Source: Lingula anatina (lineage: Eukaryota; Animalia; Brachiopoda). Taken from it: a DNA stretch of 64,000 nucleotides. Made by a program: the position numbers and the translations under genes. The notes under the pieces were generated by a model. It was not told the origin of the DNA, searched no databases, and saw only the letters and a list, made by a program, of their open reading frames with translations. The stretch is taken from positions 67,930,788 to 67,994,787 of the forward strand of contig CM120640.1 in assembly GCA_051362555.1 (NCBI GenBank). The letters run 5' to 3'. Within the stretch, counting starts at the first letter, position 1, and every line of letters begins with the position of its first letter. Positions 28,401 through 52,800 of the stretch are shown here, one piece after another.

Positions 28401-31400
28401 GTGGTTGGGATTTTGGTAGATAAAATCTACATGAGTCTATGACGTGAAGGGAAAACTAAATCTTCCACTATGGCCTGTTCGTGACTGTAATACTAAACAT
28501 TAGATTGTCTTTAATATCTGCTTGAATAATTGGTATATAATCTTTTGTGATTGTGTTTTATGGAGCAGCAATAGCAGTGGATGACAGATGATGGAATTGA
28601 TCATGGGGTCAGCCATTCCATCTGTATTATTTATGGGCAATTGCAGACAAATACATTTTAAGTCTTGGGATTAAGTTTTGTGCCCTTATGTGATCTAAAT
28701 ACGAAAAAGATTCTTGATAACTTCCAAATGAGAATCTTAGTGGGAAAAACGTCAGACTTTAATATTAGCTGATGTATATCCAGAAGTTACCATTAGGTGA
28801 CAAAGTGGAAAAGTAGGGTCGTACCTACGTGATAGAAATATTAACCTGACGCAAACAAACACCTTTTTTTATGGAGCTTTTGTGTGTAGTTAATTAGCAT
28901 ATGAATGGGCAAGGTCAGGTGAATTCTAATGAGTAAACTGCATATGGTAGTGGTTGAAGGAATCAGCATCCACATCCTGCTTAGAGGACGAAGAGACACA
29001 GTTTATGACATTGAGTTTTGAAAAGCGGTGGCTCTAATCGCAACTACTAACTTGTCTTGTGCACAGCTGGTCAGGAGATACCTGTCAGATAAGTCACATG
29101 ATCACATGGTGTGTATTTTATGCGGAGTTTTATCAAGGAAGGACCTCTAACCTGGGCATAGGTCCTGGGGGAAAATTGATTAGAGCGCCACTCAATCTAC
29201 CTGTGTGTCAACATTGACTTGTCCTATACTTAGAAAATTGGCGGGTGGGCCTATGAGATCAAACATTGATTGGCTGTGCAGCGCTGATAAGATAAGCCAG
29301 CATATTGCAACAACAGCAGCAGCAGCAGGTGAACTCTCCACGTCACTGAGCAGGACTGTTATATTCACTAGGTTCATGGAGGTGGAGAACAGTCACAATC
29401 ACATCTCATTCAAAATGTGCCCATTTGGTAAGCACATGGGTCTAGGGAAAAGACATGATAAGGTATGATCTCATACGTTGGATTTTACATGTAGTTGATA
29501 TGCATGATTGTTTAGGGGAAATGATGTTACTGTCGCTTGTGTTTGATATGCTTACTGTTAGTCAAGCTTTCTGGTGAAGGTTCTCTCTTGTTAAATGTTC
29601 AAGGTAAGCTAAATGACTCATTCTTAAAAAAAATAAATTGGAAAGCTTTTAAGCAAGGTTTTTCAGTGTGTGTTCTGAACTTATAACCTGAGCTACAAGT
29701 GTGTCATCCTCCGAACGTGTCCTCAGACAGTTAAAGACCCTAGTCACATAATTATACCCTTGGATAAATGCAAACTCATTTAATGTCTGAGATCTATGAC
29801 AGATTTACCACATAAGAAATTGAAGGCCGTGAAGTACCTTTTTTCCTTTAACTAGGCTTCCATGACACTCTACATTTATCAAACGCAAAACGTGCCTTTT
29901 CCCAATAGTGATGTTGTCATTTTGATATGTCAGCATGTCAAGAGAACTTGACAGATATGGTTGTAGAGTTGTAACATTTCATCTGTTCAGTGAAGGTATG
30001 TTTTAACACGTGAGTAAGCCTAGTGTCACGGTGCCTGGAAATTGTTATCACAAATTACACATGATGGTGGTCACTAATGGTTGTTATCGACAAAACAACT
30101 TTTTATAGTGACCACTTACAGCCTTAAGATACACGTGTTTTGCTGAGGAGCTCATTTAAACATAGTGGATGTGGATTTCATTTTAAACTTTATAGTGTTT
30201 TCTTGAGACTTCCATTAAATGGGTTGTAGTATAGGGAAAATGTAGTTTAAGAACATCGGTTTAAATTAAATGGAGTCTGCATGCACATTTAAATAATTCC
30301 ATTAAGTAAACTTGGCTGCCTGAAGGGTTTACCCTGTCTGGCATGTGTTAGTGTTGTAACTTAGAGACATGACTCACAAAGACACTTAAAAGAAATTGAT
30401 CTACTGGCACAAAGCGGCATTATTTTGTGGTGGTTAAGGGATGTCTTGGATGTCTGGTTGCAGCTTCTAAATTTCCGTGATTGTGCAGGAAATTGTCCAT
30501 ACTGTGGCGTTTACCAGGCATTTTCTTGGAGATGTTTACCTTTAAAGAGAGTGTATTCAAGATCTTTTTTCATCACTGAAGTTCATTTTTCAGGTAAATT
30601 GCAGTGAATAGAGCTGTCAACAGAATAACAAATGCTTGGAAATTAGTTTGCGTGCTACTTCTGTGTTTGTAACAAACTGGTGTTTGTATTTGGTATTGTT
30701 AAAAAAATTGAATACTTTCTTAAAACCTGTGTGTGTGTGTTTAACCTTTCAGGTGTTTAATACAGTGAAGGTCAACTTTTTGTCCCGTGTTCAACTTGGT
30801 TTAAAAGGTTAAGTTGCAATTGTGTTCTGTATGTAAATGAGTGGCTGTCAATATTTTTCTTTAACAATGGGTAAGTGAGTGTTGTATATAAATAAATAGA
30901 TATGGGAGCTATAAAGCTTTCATACGGATTGTTCTGCACTGATAATCCCCTTGAATTGGTTCAGTTGGGTGTTTATTCCATGTTTTTCACCCAATCTTTC
31001 AAATAAGGTCTATATCTGATTGATCACCATGTATCCTGATTGTATGTCTGTTAAATTGATTGAGCTTTGTTGAAATTGTTGTTGTTCATTACCAATTCAA
31101 GTGTTGCTATTGACTGGTATATTGTATGCATGGCAGCTGACTGAAGCCCAGTGAATAGGTTTTTGGCTGCAACTAGTAGGACTGCTTCTTCCTAACAAAT
31201 CGTATAGTCTTGTTTCTGGATGTCCTACAACCACAGCTAGCTGAATATATGCTAACTCTAATCATTGTTATGTGAACTCTGTTAACTAAGTTAAACTGCT
31301 CCGTGGAATATTGAGCAAGGTTGTTTGAATAGAAAGTTTGTGCACAGGTAGATTAGGAGATCAAGTGTGCTTACTTACTTATTATATTTATGACTCTTTT

Positions 31401-32809
31401 TAAAATCAATATAGCACGGCTATCTTTTATAGCTTTTTACCATTGCCATTGCAACGCAATATTTTGCCTTGAGTATTGAATACATTCCAGCAGTTTCTTT
31501 TGCTGCTTGCAATTGCATCTTTTTGTGTTACGTTACAAAACCCATTATTTCGCACAAACGGAACATAATATTCATTCTAACAGCTAAATGTTGCTCCTTA
31601 ATGAACTAAAAATGCAATAACCAGGTCTAGGGTCTTGTTATGATACCCACTAAGCAGAAACCTTGCCTCCACTGAAATTGAAGTAATGCACATGTCACCT
31701 TCTTATGGGCTTAACCAATTTGATTTAAAAAACACATTTTACGAGTCTTCTGGTTTGAACAGATATTGGCAGTTCACCTCTGGGCTCTCATCCACAATGC
31801 CAGCCATTATGACAAGATAGCTCCAGGGAAATTGGCATCTATTGTTGAAACCTATGAATATGAATGAATAAACAATTCAAGTGCCAGTAATCTTCTTTTC
31901 ATATTGAAAGCTTGATGCTTGAGACCTTGAAGTGCAATAAATTTAAATGATAAATTTTACGAGTATTATTCTGTGCACTTGGAATTCATCAGTGTATGAG
32001 AGACAGGCTGAACTACACACCAATGGCCTTTCAAGTCTGCTCAAGATATACCTAGTTAATTACCTTGAAAAAAAAAAAATGGGCAATTCGGATAATATGT
32101 ATGCGTTTTCTAAAACTTAGTGTGCTGTTTAGCTATATGGATAAATTTCCTATTTGAGATTTGTATCTCAATTTAACACATGTAAATGTTCATGAGGTGA
32201 CCAACCTTGGTTTACCACATGGTTAACAGAGAAGTTAAAGGTTTTTTTGTAAACACCCTAGACCATGCCTGGTTAACTTAAGTGGCAAGGAGTGAACATT
32301 GATCAGACAGCCCAGACAGTGCCATAGAAGTCACTTCAGGTGAAGTGGACTTGATAGAAACCAAATGTATGCTGTTACCAATGCCAACCATTATATACAC
32401 TTCTTTCTCTGCAAAAACATTCACATGTGTTTTGTATAACGGTGCAAGTTTGAGAAAAAGGTTGATAGTTGTGAAGTAAGATGTAGGTGTTGCCAGGAGA
32501 TAAGTGGGTGCCTGTATGTTTCAAATTGCACGATATCAGAGTAGTTTACAGTTAAAATATATAGATTTTATTAAGTGCAATTTTTTTTTTTGAAAAAATA
32601 TGAGAACAGGGATGAATAGAATTTGTTCCTGTGGGTTTTTGTTTGTTATTAAATGGAATATGTTGTTTGCTAGCTAGAAATGTTATAGATCTGATTGTTC
32701 CCAGTTTGTTTTGACAGCTACTAAGATCAGCCCTCAACCTAAGACTTGTGTTTTGTTTTGATTACAAGGTCAAGTATTTCTTTGTATTTCATTACAGAGT
32801 TCTAAAAAG

Positions 32810-43427
<10,618 letters not shown>

Positions 43428-45235
43428 AAAAGGCCATTCCTGTCTGTGATACAACTTCGGTTGTTAAATTTTACAACATTGCTAATGGAGTCAATATTGA
43501 ATTGACACATGCTATCTTTGTTTCTGGAATGCTTAAAAGCTTAGCAGTGTTGTCACAGGCATAATGCTTTGCAGAAACTTTCTGGGCAGTGTCTAAGCTG
43601 TCTAGAGACGGAATGAGAAGAAAATATGAAGGTCATATCTCAGGATCATGAATAATTGTGAAAGAAACATTTGTTGACCTAGATTTTTTTTATCTGACTC
43701 TGGGTGACTTTTCATATTGCTTAATGTTATAACAACAACACAAAACTTCTGTGAAATATCAGTGATATTATTTAAGTGTTATACATTGGCAATTTGAAAG
43801 CATGATTTTAAAAAAGTGCACAATTTAATTATCTGAGATAAAGGTTTGGTTTATGACATGCTGCAATCCAGCTTTATCTACAAGTTCTTCCATATGTTAA
43901 CTGTTAATTTTGTGCACATTTATGAAGCCCAAGGCTTTAGTTGTTTACCAAAGAAGAATATAATTTATTTGTGTGTAGTTGATAGATGGAGAGAAGCACA
44001 AGCTGATTGTCTCCCATTTTATTTTTACATGAAAGTAATGTTTAACCAAGTGTCAATATTCTTGAGGTTTATTTTATGGTTACCTTGGTATGAAACAATA
44101 CTTTGGGACATTAAGTGTATAATGAGACAAGGAAATATGATTAACACATACGGATGTGGCACACAGTGTGGACATACATTTTTCTCTTATTCAAAAGATG
44201 TAGTGATTAGAAAAAAAGATATCTGATCCTTTCGAGACAAGGTAAATAAATGCAAACTGAAACTGTAAGAAATTTTTTACCACTTGTCCTGCATAACCAC
44301 GACTGCACATATGAAATGGAAGTCCTGATCAAGTTTATGAATTTGTCTTTCAAATGTAGATGAAATTGGAATGGTTCTTTATGTTTGCAATTGGCTACCT
44401 GCATTGTAAAATAGCTTGACCTTGGATCACAATCTGAGATAATAGTTTGATTTTGTGTAATGGGGAAAACGACACTTCTCATAACAGTTCTGTGGTTGTG
44501 TAGCTCATTATTGAATGTGTGATATGTCCCCCATATGCTGGTATTGTTTTGATAAAATATTAGGCAGAAATTTGATATTTATATCCATTCAATTTTGTAG
44601 ATGTAACTACCTCCAGATAACAGTATCGATCTTAGTAGTATCAGACTATTGGGATGAGGTGCTTTAATGTTTCAAGGAATTTCCCAGAATGCATATTAGA
44701 GAGGAAAGGGGATTTTGGGCACCTTGTTAATTTTAATGATAATGGATGTAAATAGCATATTATTAAAACTGCAGGCTTAAATGACATTGCTTGTGCCAAC
44801 CTTTCATTCTTTTAATTTTGGCGTGCTAAGGATGAACCATACATTGCCCAGTCACCAGAGAAAGCAGGTGTTGGTGCTTTTATTTTCTCCTAACATTGTG
44901 ATATTTATGTTTGTTATGTTAAGTTGTTAGATGTCAGGATCAGTGTTGAAGTAAAAATGGTAATAGAGCTTTTGGTGCTAACAACATGTGATTGCTTACT
45001 GCTTGTTAAGTGTCTGGCAAATACACCTAAAATATATAAAGCTTCATATTGGGTCCCACCTTTACTGGTTCTGGTCCTCAGCATGAACCATTTGTGTCCA
45101 TAGTTTGCTGTATAAAACTGCTGTAGTTGTATATTCAGAAAACCTCCCATGGAAAAAGTTGTGATCCACTAAGAGTGTGATAATAATAGACTTGTGAATA
45201 TATAAATATATACATAACTACAAATATGTAAATAT

Positions 45236-45273
45236 AATAAAAAATGAAGTATATTGTGAAGAGTTTATTTATT
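45236..45273. terminator. Facing polyadenylation signals of STK38 (+) and FBXO47 (-)
   Basis: AATAAA on + at 45236-45241. AATAAA on - at 45269-45264 and 45273-45268, the first canonical signals I find downstream of the FBXO47 stop. Confidence 0.45.
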
Positions 45274-45777
45274 GAAATATACTTCCTTAAAACATAACAT
45301 CTTAAGAAAAAAAAAAGTTATTATCGTGAAACTTAAAAACAACCTGGCAATGTTTAACCTAAATTAGAAAACAAAAATGTTTTCTGTACCTTTTTTAGTA
45401 GGAATGGGCTGTCTTACAATAAAATATGAACTATATTATTCCTCATTTATAACAAAAACTATCTCAATAGTACTTGGTTTAATTCATGTGACATGAAAAG
45501 AATAAAAAAGTTCCTTTAAGTACAATTCGTAAATTTAAGTGAAAATGTATATCACATAAATATTATCACAGAGATAACCACATTAACAATCAATAAATAA
45601 GAAGATGAATTATATAGAAATAACACTGGTTAATGGAGAAAAGGCAGTTCACATTGATGCAGTTAGCCCCAATAATGTTATGAAGGCATCATGTCAAGTA
45701 AAAACCAAATCATGAATTACTTGTGAATAATTTGTATGTGTAGCAGTCATTCATTTTTGCAACTTGTATCTAGAGAT

Positions 45778-48700
45778 TTAACCAATGCTGCATTTCCTTC
45801 CACTGAGTGAATCATCAAAGGCTAGCGGAAGAACTTCCTTCATAAATTCTGCTTGGGCAGTCACCAAAAATTCCAAGTCTGCGTCCCTCTCTTCTGAGTA
45901 AACAAAAATGTCATATTTATTTTATTCTGATTACTACAATTACCTTTACCTGTTAACTTGTCAAATAAGAAGATGAATGTTATATCTAATGATGCGACGT
46001 CAGTTTCTGTGGTTTAACAATATTATTTAATTTTTTTTCAATATACGTTCTATTTCTTTTTATCAATGTCAAACTTAAAGTAACAGACTCTTCACTATTT
46101 TTATCTTGGAAGTTATTTTAGTATTCTTATTATACAACATTTACCTGACTCCCCGTACTCATGGAGGTCCATAATAGAATCTTTGAATGTCTCTGCAATA
46201 TTATTGAGGAGAGCCAGTTTATCTTTTGGATTGTCCAACAAACTGCATGTTTTTCTAACCAGGAAGACTACCCAACTGCTGTTGTAGTGGTTCTTCACAC
46301 ACACCTAGAATTCGGAGCGATCGCATTGCAGATAAAATGCATCTGGCACAAAATTAATCTCCAATTGAAATGGTGTCAGGGTGATTTTTTTCATTAAAAT
46401 GTAAAATAAAATATATCAAAATGATATATTACTGTAGCATATATTATTTCACTTTAAACTCCTGCATAAAAAAGAATAATGAAAAGACTGCATTTAGCAC
46501 TCACCAGACTTATAGAAGTAATGATATTAGCTACTTCTTGCATTCTGCCATTGATGGCCTTGCTTGCAATGGACCTCACAGTGATAGTGTCTCCACACAG
46601 TGTCAAAAGATGAGCAACATTTTCTGACACCCATTCATCTGGTAAATCTAGACATTTTTAACAAACCAAGGTTTTTATGGCTTTTAATAATGATGGGACA
46701 TATATATATATATATATATATATAGTTTTAATGGGTTATCTCTTAAATTTCTTCAACATTTGAAAAATCTAGTAAAATTAAAACTGTATCAAAGATTCCA
46801 ACACTAAATGACTAGCATACAATTCATTAACAGATGGACTCTTCATTCAGACCTTCACTTTAACTACCAAGCACTGCTGGACATTTTAAAATATAAGTGT
46901 ACAACTCACTTGTAAGCTCATCTAACACACTAATGATATCATCTTCTGACCACTCACTGTGGTAATGATATAACATGGTCAATGCACTTGCCAACTGACC
47001 AAAGTGTTGTTGTGCTTCTTGTGCATTCCGTGGAGTACTTTCTGACACTTCATCCCACTCTATCTCTCCTGTAGAACCAAAGGTATTAATCTAAGTTCTC
47101 TTTACCTCCAGTTTGAAATGTAGAATATTACATGTATAGTAATGCCATTCAGCATTTGTTAGACCCTAAACATAGCCAGCAATTTCAAAAGGGACAAGGG
47201 GAGGGTGTATTTTTCTGAAAAAGTGGACCTTTTTAGCATGAAACCTCTGTGTACTTAGATAAAATTTCACCCAGACTGGACCTTTTCCCAGCAAAAAGGG
47301 GGAGGGGGTTTGGAACCCCCTGGCTACAGGCCTGCTAAAATGTGTTCAGGTTACCTTTAAATTATCAATAAAAATTTTTTGTGTAACTGAGTTAATGTGC
47401 TTCAAATACCTTCAGAGGCTGGTCCAAATATTATATACAGCAATCTAGCTTGAAATATAATAGGCTGGGGTTTAAGAATTCGACTCAGCCAAGCTGTCTT
47501 TTCATCTCTCCTTTTAATAAAATCTAAAATGCCTCTTCTGAAGAATAATCTTGTATTCAGTTCAACACTGCTATTTGCTTGAGTTCCTAAATTGTAAAGA
47601 TCAATTTTGAATATTTTGCTTCCATTAACTGCTTTTCGGTATTTCACCCTAAATAACAAAATATCACTAATACATGCTTCTACTGTATCACAGTACTGTA
47701 GTTGTAACACATATTTTTTCCTAAAAGGGAAAATGTGATTGAACATCTGTTTGATGAAAGATTTGTTTTATTTTTTCATGTTATTCCTTATTCCAACTCA
47801 TTAATCAAAATATCAAAATAAATACAATACCTGGTGCTGTCTTCAGCATTGCTTCTATGTCAGAAGAAACTCCTGTACTGTTGGTGATAAAATCAAAGAC
47901 TCTCCCACATTCCATGTCATCCCAGCCTGCTATTACAGATTTCAGAAATGTTCCATAGCACAGCAACCCCATACAATTTGAAATATCTGGGCAGTTAGAA
48001 TGTTTACAATACAACTGAAAATTTAAAAAGATTTTGTTTCAGTTCAGAGGGACCAAAGCAACTGTTTGTCATTAATGTTAATAACATTGATCTGAATTCT
48101 CTTAGAAAAAATAAAATATCAATTTAAAGGTCCTTTGAAAATTGAAGAAATTGTGCAAACTATAGTGTGAGCATCATAATAAGCAAAATAATGTTAGTTG
48201 CAAAAAAGCAGATAATGTGGGTACATTTTCCACAGCCATTTGCACTCAAAGAAATTGTAGCAAATGCAGCCGAATCCAAACATATAAAAATTAAATGTAT
48301 TGATAGGATCTTTATAAAAAACAGTTCATGTACTTGTATCCTATAGTATCCTAATTCAGGTAAATTAGACATTAATAATTATCCTACCTTTGACAAATAT
48401 GCATCTATTAATTTCAATCTCTCTTTTGTGGCATACAGACATGTACTTCGCTTCATAAGTAAACCTGTAGGTTAATTTGAAAAGTGTGTTATAATCTAAT
48501 AATAATTCATGTTAAAATAATTTTGCTTTCATAATTTATTAAGTAAATAATCTCTCTTAAATCTAGTCAGTCTAATTTGAAAAGGGTTACAAAAAACTTA
48601 CTCACATTTGTGTGAATTTAGATACTTGCCTAATTTTAAAAAGTGATGTAGCAATGTTGCCTGATCTTCAATTGGCAATGGGGCTGGTAAATGAAGTTTG

Positions 48701-49305
48701 GCTATTGGCATAAATCTTTTAAATCCAGCTTTGGAACATCTATACTGCTCCACACGATTTCTCATATTTTTGGATGACAAAGCAAGCATACTCAAATCTT
48801 CAACTAAATATAAAAAACAAATATTACAGAACTTGAATCAAATTTGATAATATACAAACAAAAAACACTGTGTCAATTCAGTTTTATTTCTATTCCTACA
48901 AATTCAATTAAATACTTCAACCAACAAAAAAAATCCAAACCAAATTTACAGAAGTGAACATATGGCTTTTGACCAATGACCAACTCACAGAAAACATTGT
49001 TTGGTATCATACCAATATTTGTTCAAATGATGCATTTTTGTAATTAATTAAACATGCCACAACACAGTCATCAATATGAGTACTGTTATTTGAACTTTTA
49101 TCATTAAAAATCTATTTTCCTAAAAAAATTGCTTACTTGTAACACACTGGAAAATTCTTGTCTTTAATTCTGGTGGCAAAATTTCAAAATACCCCAAATC
49201 TCCATATTGGACAATTTTTCCTTTTGTTTCTACTTGTTCCTTGATTTCTAATCTAGTAGATCTCCTCGGTTTTTTACACTTAAAATGGTGCACAATCGAT
49301 TTCAT
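45778..49305 (-). CDS. FBXO47: F-box only protein 47 (PROM-1-like), complete, 9 coding exons, 452 aa
   Basis: Exons 49305-49137, 48803-48630 (GC donor; alternative GT donor ends at 48606), 48464-48388, 48014-47831, 47586-47410, 47068-46910, 46647-46505, 46304-46145, 45893-45778. In phase; total 1359 nt. F-box LGYFEILPPELKTRIFQCVTIEDLSML, plus family-like motifs LLMKRSTCLYATKERL, IAGWDDMEC, WLSRILKPQPIIFQARLLYIIFGP, EWVSENVA and SKAINGR. Confidence 0.9.
46699..46723. repeat. (TA)n microsatellite
   Basis: About 12 AT units in a FBXO47 intron. Confidence 0.9.
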
Positions 49306-49599
49306 ATTGGCTAATCCAACTCCTACTAGTTCAAACATAAAAAATAAAGAAAAAATGCTGAAAGTAATAAAATAAAAATAATTAATTTATGACATTTACA
49401 TGTTTCTCAAGATACCACTAACACCCTGTAATAATGCAGTTTGTTTAAAAAACAAACAAATCAAAAATTACAGCATTGAAATGGATTATTTGACTATAAC
49501 TTTCACAAAATTAGTGCAATATATTCAGTTTAACATAAAAACTTTGTCTATTAACTTTTGCTGTATGCATAAAAAAGACGTCGCATGCATTCTACCTTT

Positions 49600-49896
49600 C
49601 TACCTCACATGAAACCCAGCACCTGCTCCGACACGGAGCTTTTCGTTTGTTGTGATGCGCGAGCGACGAGTTCGTCTGCGTGCATTTGGCGCCACAGAAT
49701 TACAATTTTAAAAGTCATAAAAGGAAAAAATATATTTTATTCTTGTCAACATATGTGATTATAGTCAATTTTGTTCGTCATTCTGGCGCAAACAACAAAA
49801 ACAATCAAAAAGACTAAAACATCGTCTGCAAGCATCTGTGGTTTGTTTTTGTTGTTTGCGGAAGCGGAAGTATCACCTAATGCAATCAAAGATGGC
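49600..49896. promoter_or_regulatory. Bidirectional promoter shared by FBXO47 (-) and ELP4 (+)
   Basis: Short CpG-rich island between head-to-head genes. Tandem GCGGAAGCGGAAGT (ETS/GABP-like, 49858-49871), AAGATGGC (YY1-like) over the ELP4 ATG, TTTGGCGCC (E2F-like, ~49685), and a candidate FBXO47 5' UTR donor CAT|GTGAG at 49608. Confidence 0.7.
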
Positions 49897-52800
49897 AGCG
49901 CCCACAACGAGCTTTCGGAAGAAAGTGAGCACAAAGATTTTACAAATTCCAGGCACTAGACCATCATTACACAACAATCAGTTACTTATTTCTTCGGGTG
50001 TTCCTTCCTTCGATAGTGTGATTGGTATGAGTAGAATATTTTAAGAGTATTTTTAAGCATATATCTTTTATTTTTCGAATTATTAAAAAAAAATATCGAA
50101 TAAAAATCGTGACGTTGTGTCACGCGTTTTTTCTAATAATGGTGGGGATTAATAATGCTTGTATATTTGGTGTACAGGAAGCCAAATATATGAGTATGGA
50201 ATTTTTAGTGATCTGATTTAAATCAAATCATATCCGTGTTGTAGTGTCTTTAAATTTGACACCATGTTTGACAATTTTCCAAGATGTCATGTTCAAAAGT
50301 AGCTCAACTCCTTAGACACTTTTTTTAAGACAGATTGCAAAAAAGAACAACTGGTGCTACTTATTGTCATCTGTGCTCCCTACTGAAAATTTGCTTTATT
50401 GATCATGATATTTGGATAAGTAACCAGTCAGTATATCCAGATCTGTTTCCTATTCAGATTTTATATTTATTGTAATTTTTACATTTATATTTTTCAGGTG
50501 GTGGCATAGCAGTTGGCACAGCAATTCTAGTTGGTGAGTATGCCATACAATTTTAAACTGCAAATTTGTAACTATAGATAGGTATATCACAATCTGCAAG
50601 GGGCGCTACAGTTAGGTATATCACAATCCGCTAGGGGCGCCACAGTAGTAACTATCCAGGGGCAGTGAAGTGCAAAACTGAGACCGGCCTGCTAACAGCT
50701 CGCCTATGACAAACTTTTTTTTAAATCTCTCTTTAAGTGCCATGTAAATAAACAAATACAAGGCATTTACTAGATAAGCTGTAAATCAAAGAGTAAATTC
50801 CGGTCACGTGATTTTCTGTGTTGCAGTCTTAGAGAACTTTGATTTGAGGACGTTTTTTAAGTTTTGCCTCGACAAAATGTTTAAAATTTCAGATAAGTTC
50901 TGCATGGAAGTTTTTGTAATTTATTTTGTGTAAAGTACATGAAATTTGCAATATTATGCCGAAAAATCATGAAAATTGAACCATGCGAAGTATAGTTTAT
51001 ATGATGCGCAATATTTATAGTACATGATCTGCATGGAAGCCATCCCAGCCATGTGCTTTAGTCCCCCACCTGATATGCATAAAAGCGTTTAGAAAAGCTC
51101 TTTCCTTCAATATGTGATGTGGCCAAACAATTTTCATGGTGCATTAAGATAAACAGTAAAAGAATATACACAATAAATTCGGCAACCGAGAGGTGCGGCA
51201 ACATATAGATAATTGCGATAGTATTTATGTCGAAATATCAAAATGAATAGCCCCGCCGTTCGAGCCTTTTAACCAATCAAAGCAACGGAAAGGGGGTCAC
51301 GTCACCTTCCCACCAGGCCATGCCATGTAAACAAAGCAGCATGGTCGGCTGTAATGAAGAGTCTGAGGAGGGAGACGCGAAATCTTCGCCAAATTCTCAT
51401 CTTTCGTGTTGCATGCACATAGAAGAAGGTAGCTAATTAAGAGACTCTAGATGCCATCACACGTGTTCGCTGGGAAACTTTTAGAGTCGCAGCGAAACAA
51501 TGGCTGGAATTTGGCAGCAGAGAAGCCGCTGCTGTTCAGTGGATCCGCACAGTACGGATTTAGATAAAGGATTCGACGATTTGGAAGCCAAACCACGATG
51601 TCACTTTTCTTGCCACAGAAAGCTAACTAACAAGAAGGGGCTATCTCAGGCGGCAAAGAAGTATGAGAAAGCTGAGAAACAAGGCAGTCCTGCTGAAGAA
51701 GGTATGTCAACATGTTGTAATTTGTTTTTGAGTCAGCCCCGATCGTGTGATGTTTACATTGTACGTGGCTGATGTTACATAACAATATGTGACTGATAAA
51801 AGTGATATGAAAGAAAGAAAAAAAGAAAATGATAAAAAAAGTTTATTAGTGTTATTATTATTTTATTTGTAAATACTTAGAGGTTTTAAGATATGAAACA
51901 ACTCATTCTCTGTTGAACAAGACCCCATTTCCAGAGATTAGATAGATCTACTTTAGGGGTTCACGCCAAACAGCTGTCAGTGGGGCGGACACGAAAGTTA
52001 AATACCCCCTTACAGCTTGTAGTAGGCAGGACGGACATTTAAGCCGGATTATCTGACAGTAATCTAGTGAGACTCCCCGCGGGAGCTCTGGGAATACAGC
52101 CTAAGTTAGCTGTATGTTCTTGCCATGATTTAAATCATGATGTTAAAACATCTCATTATGAGTTCATCCATATAAGCATTGCATTTACACAAAATAATGT
52201 AAGGCTTCACACAACAAGATATACAAACAAATGTTATGGTGGGATTTTATGAGACAGGCTTAAGTATCATGGAAGAATCTTTTATGCTATTAACACCAAG
52301 CCGTTGTTATGTTTCTAGAGACTCACTACAATCTGTGTGATCTCTACCTTTATTCTGTACAATCCAGGTATTGGTGTCACTGGTCCACTTCTATCTGCTA
52401 ACTATATGTTCCACTCTACACTACTTCTGACTACTTCATGTGAAGACACAAGACTCTAATGACAGTATATTGCAAATTCTTCTCCTTATATACTAATACA
52501 TAAGGACAATTACATTACAGTGATTCCTTAACAAGTCAGAGATATTGAAGCCAGTTAACAGAATTAAGACACACTGCAGGAGACCTTTAACACAATTAGA
52601 CCAAGGCTGATTTAAACTTTAAATAGAAGATGAAGCCATAAATGAAGTTATTCAATCCTAAAAACATTCTGCAGAACTTAATGTAATTTTAACTTGGACA
52701 TCTAAATACATTTACTATACACTGGCATCTGACTTGATTTGTATAGAAGTTTAATGTAATTTACTTAAATATTCAGTTAATATAACTTTCAGACATCTAA

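Noticed and set aside
29270-30810. Possible additional STK38 5' UTR exons (donors near 29462, 30593, 30808)
   Set aside because: Splice-like motifs only; cannot be supported without transcripts.
47165-47335. Possible decayed hAT-type MITE ending CCCCCTGGCTACAGGCCTG in a FBXO47 intron
   Set aside because: The left end is too degenerate, and I found no TSD or second copy.
50579-50646. Apparent 34 bp tandem repeat with a CTCF-like motif
   Set aside because: Explained as two consecutive transposon left ends; the motif is one G short of the CTCF core.
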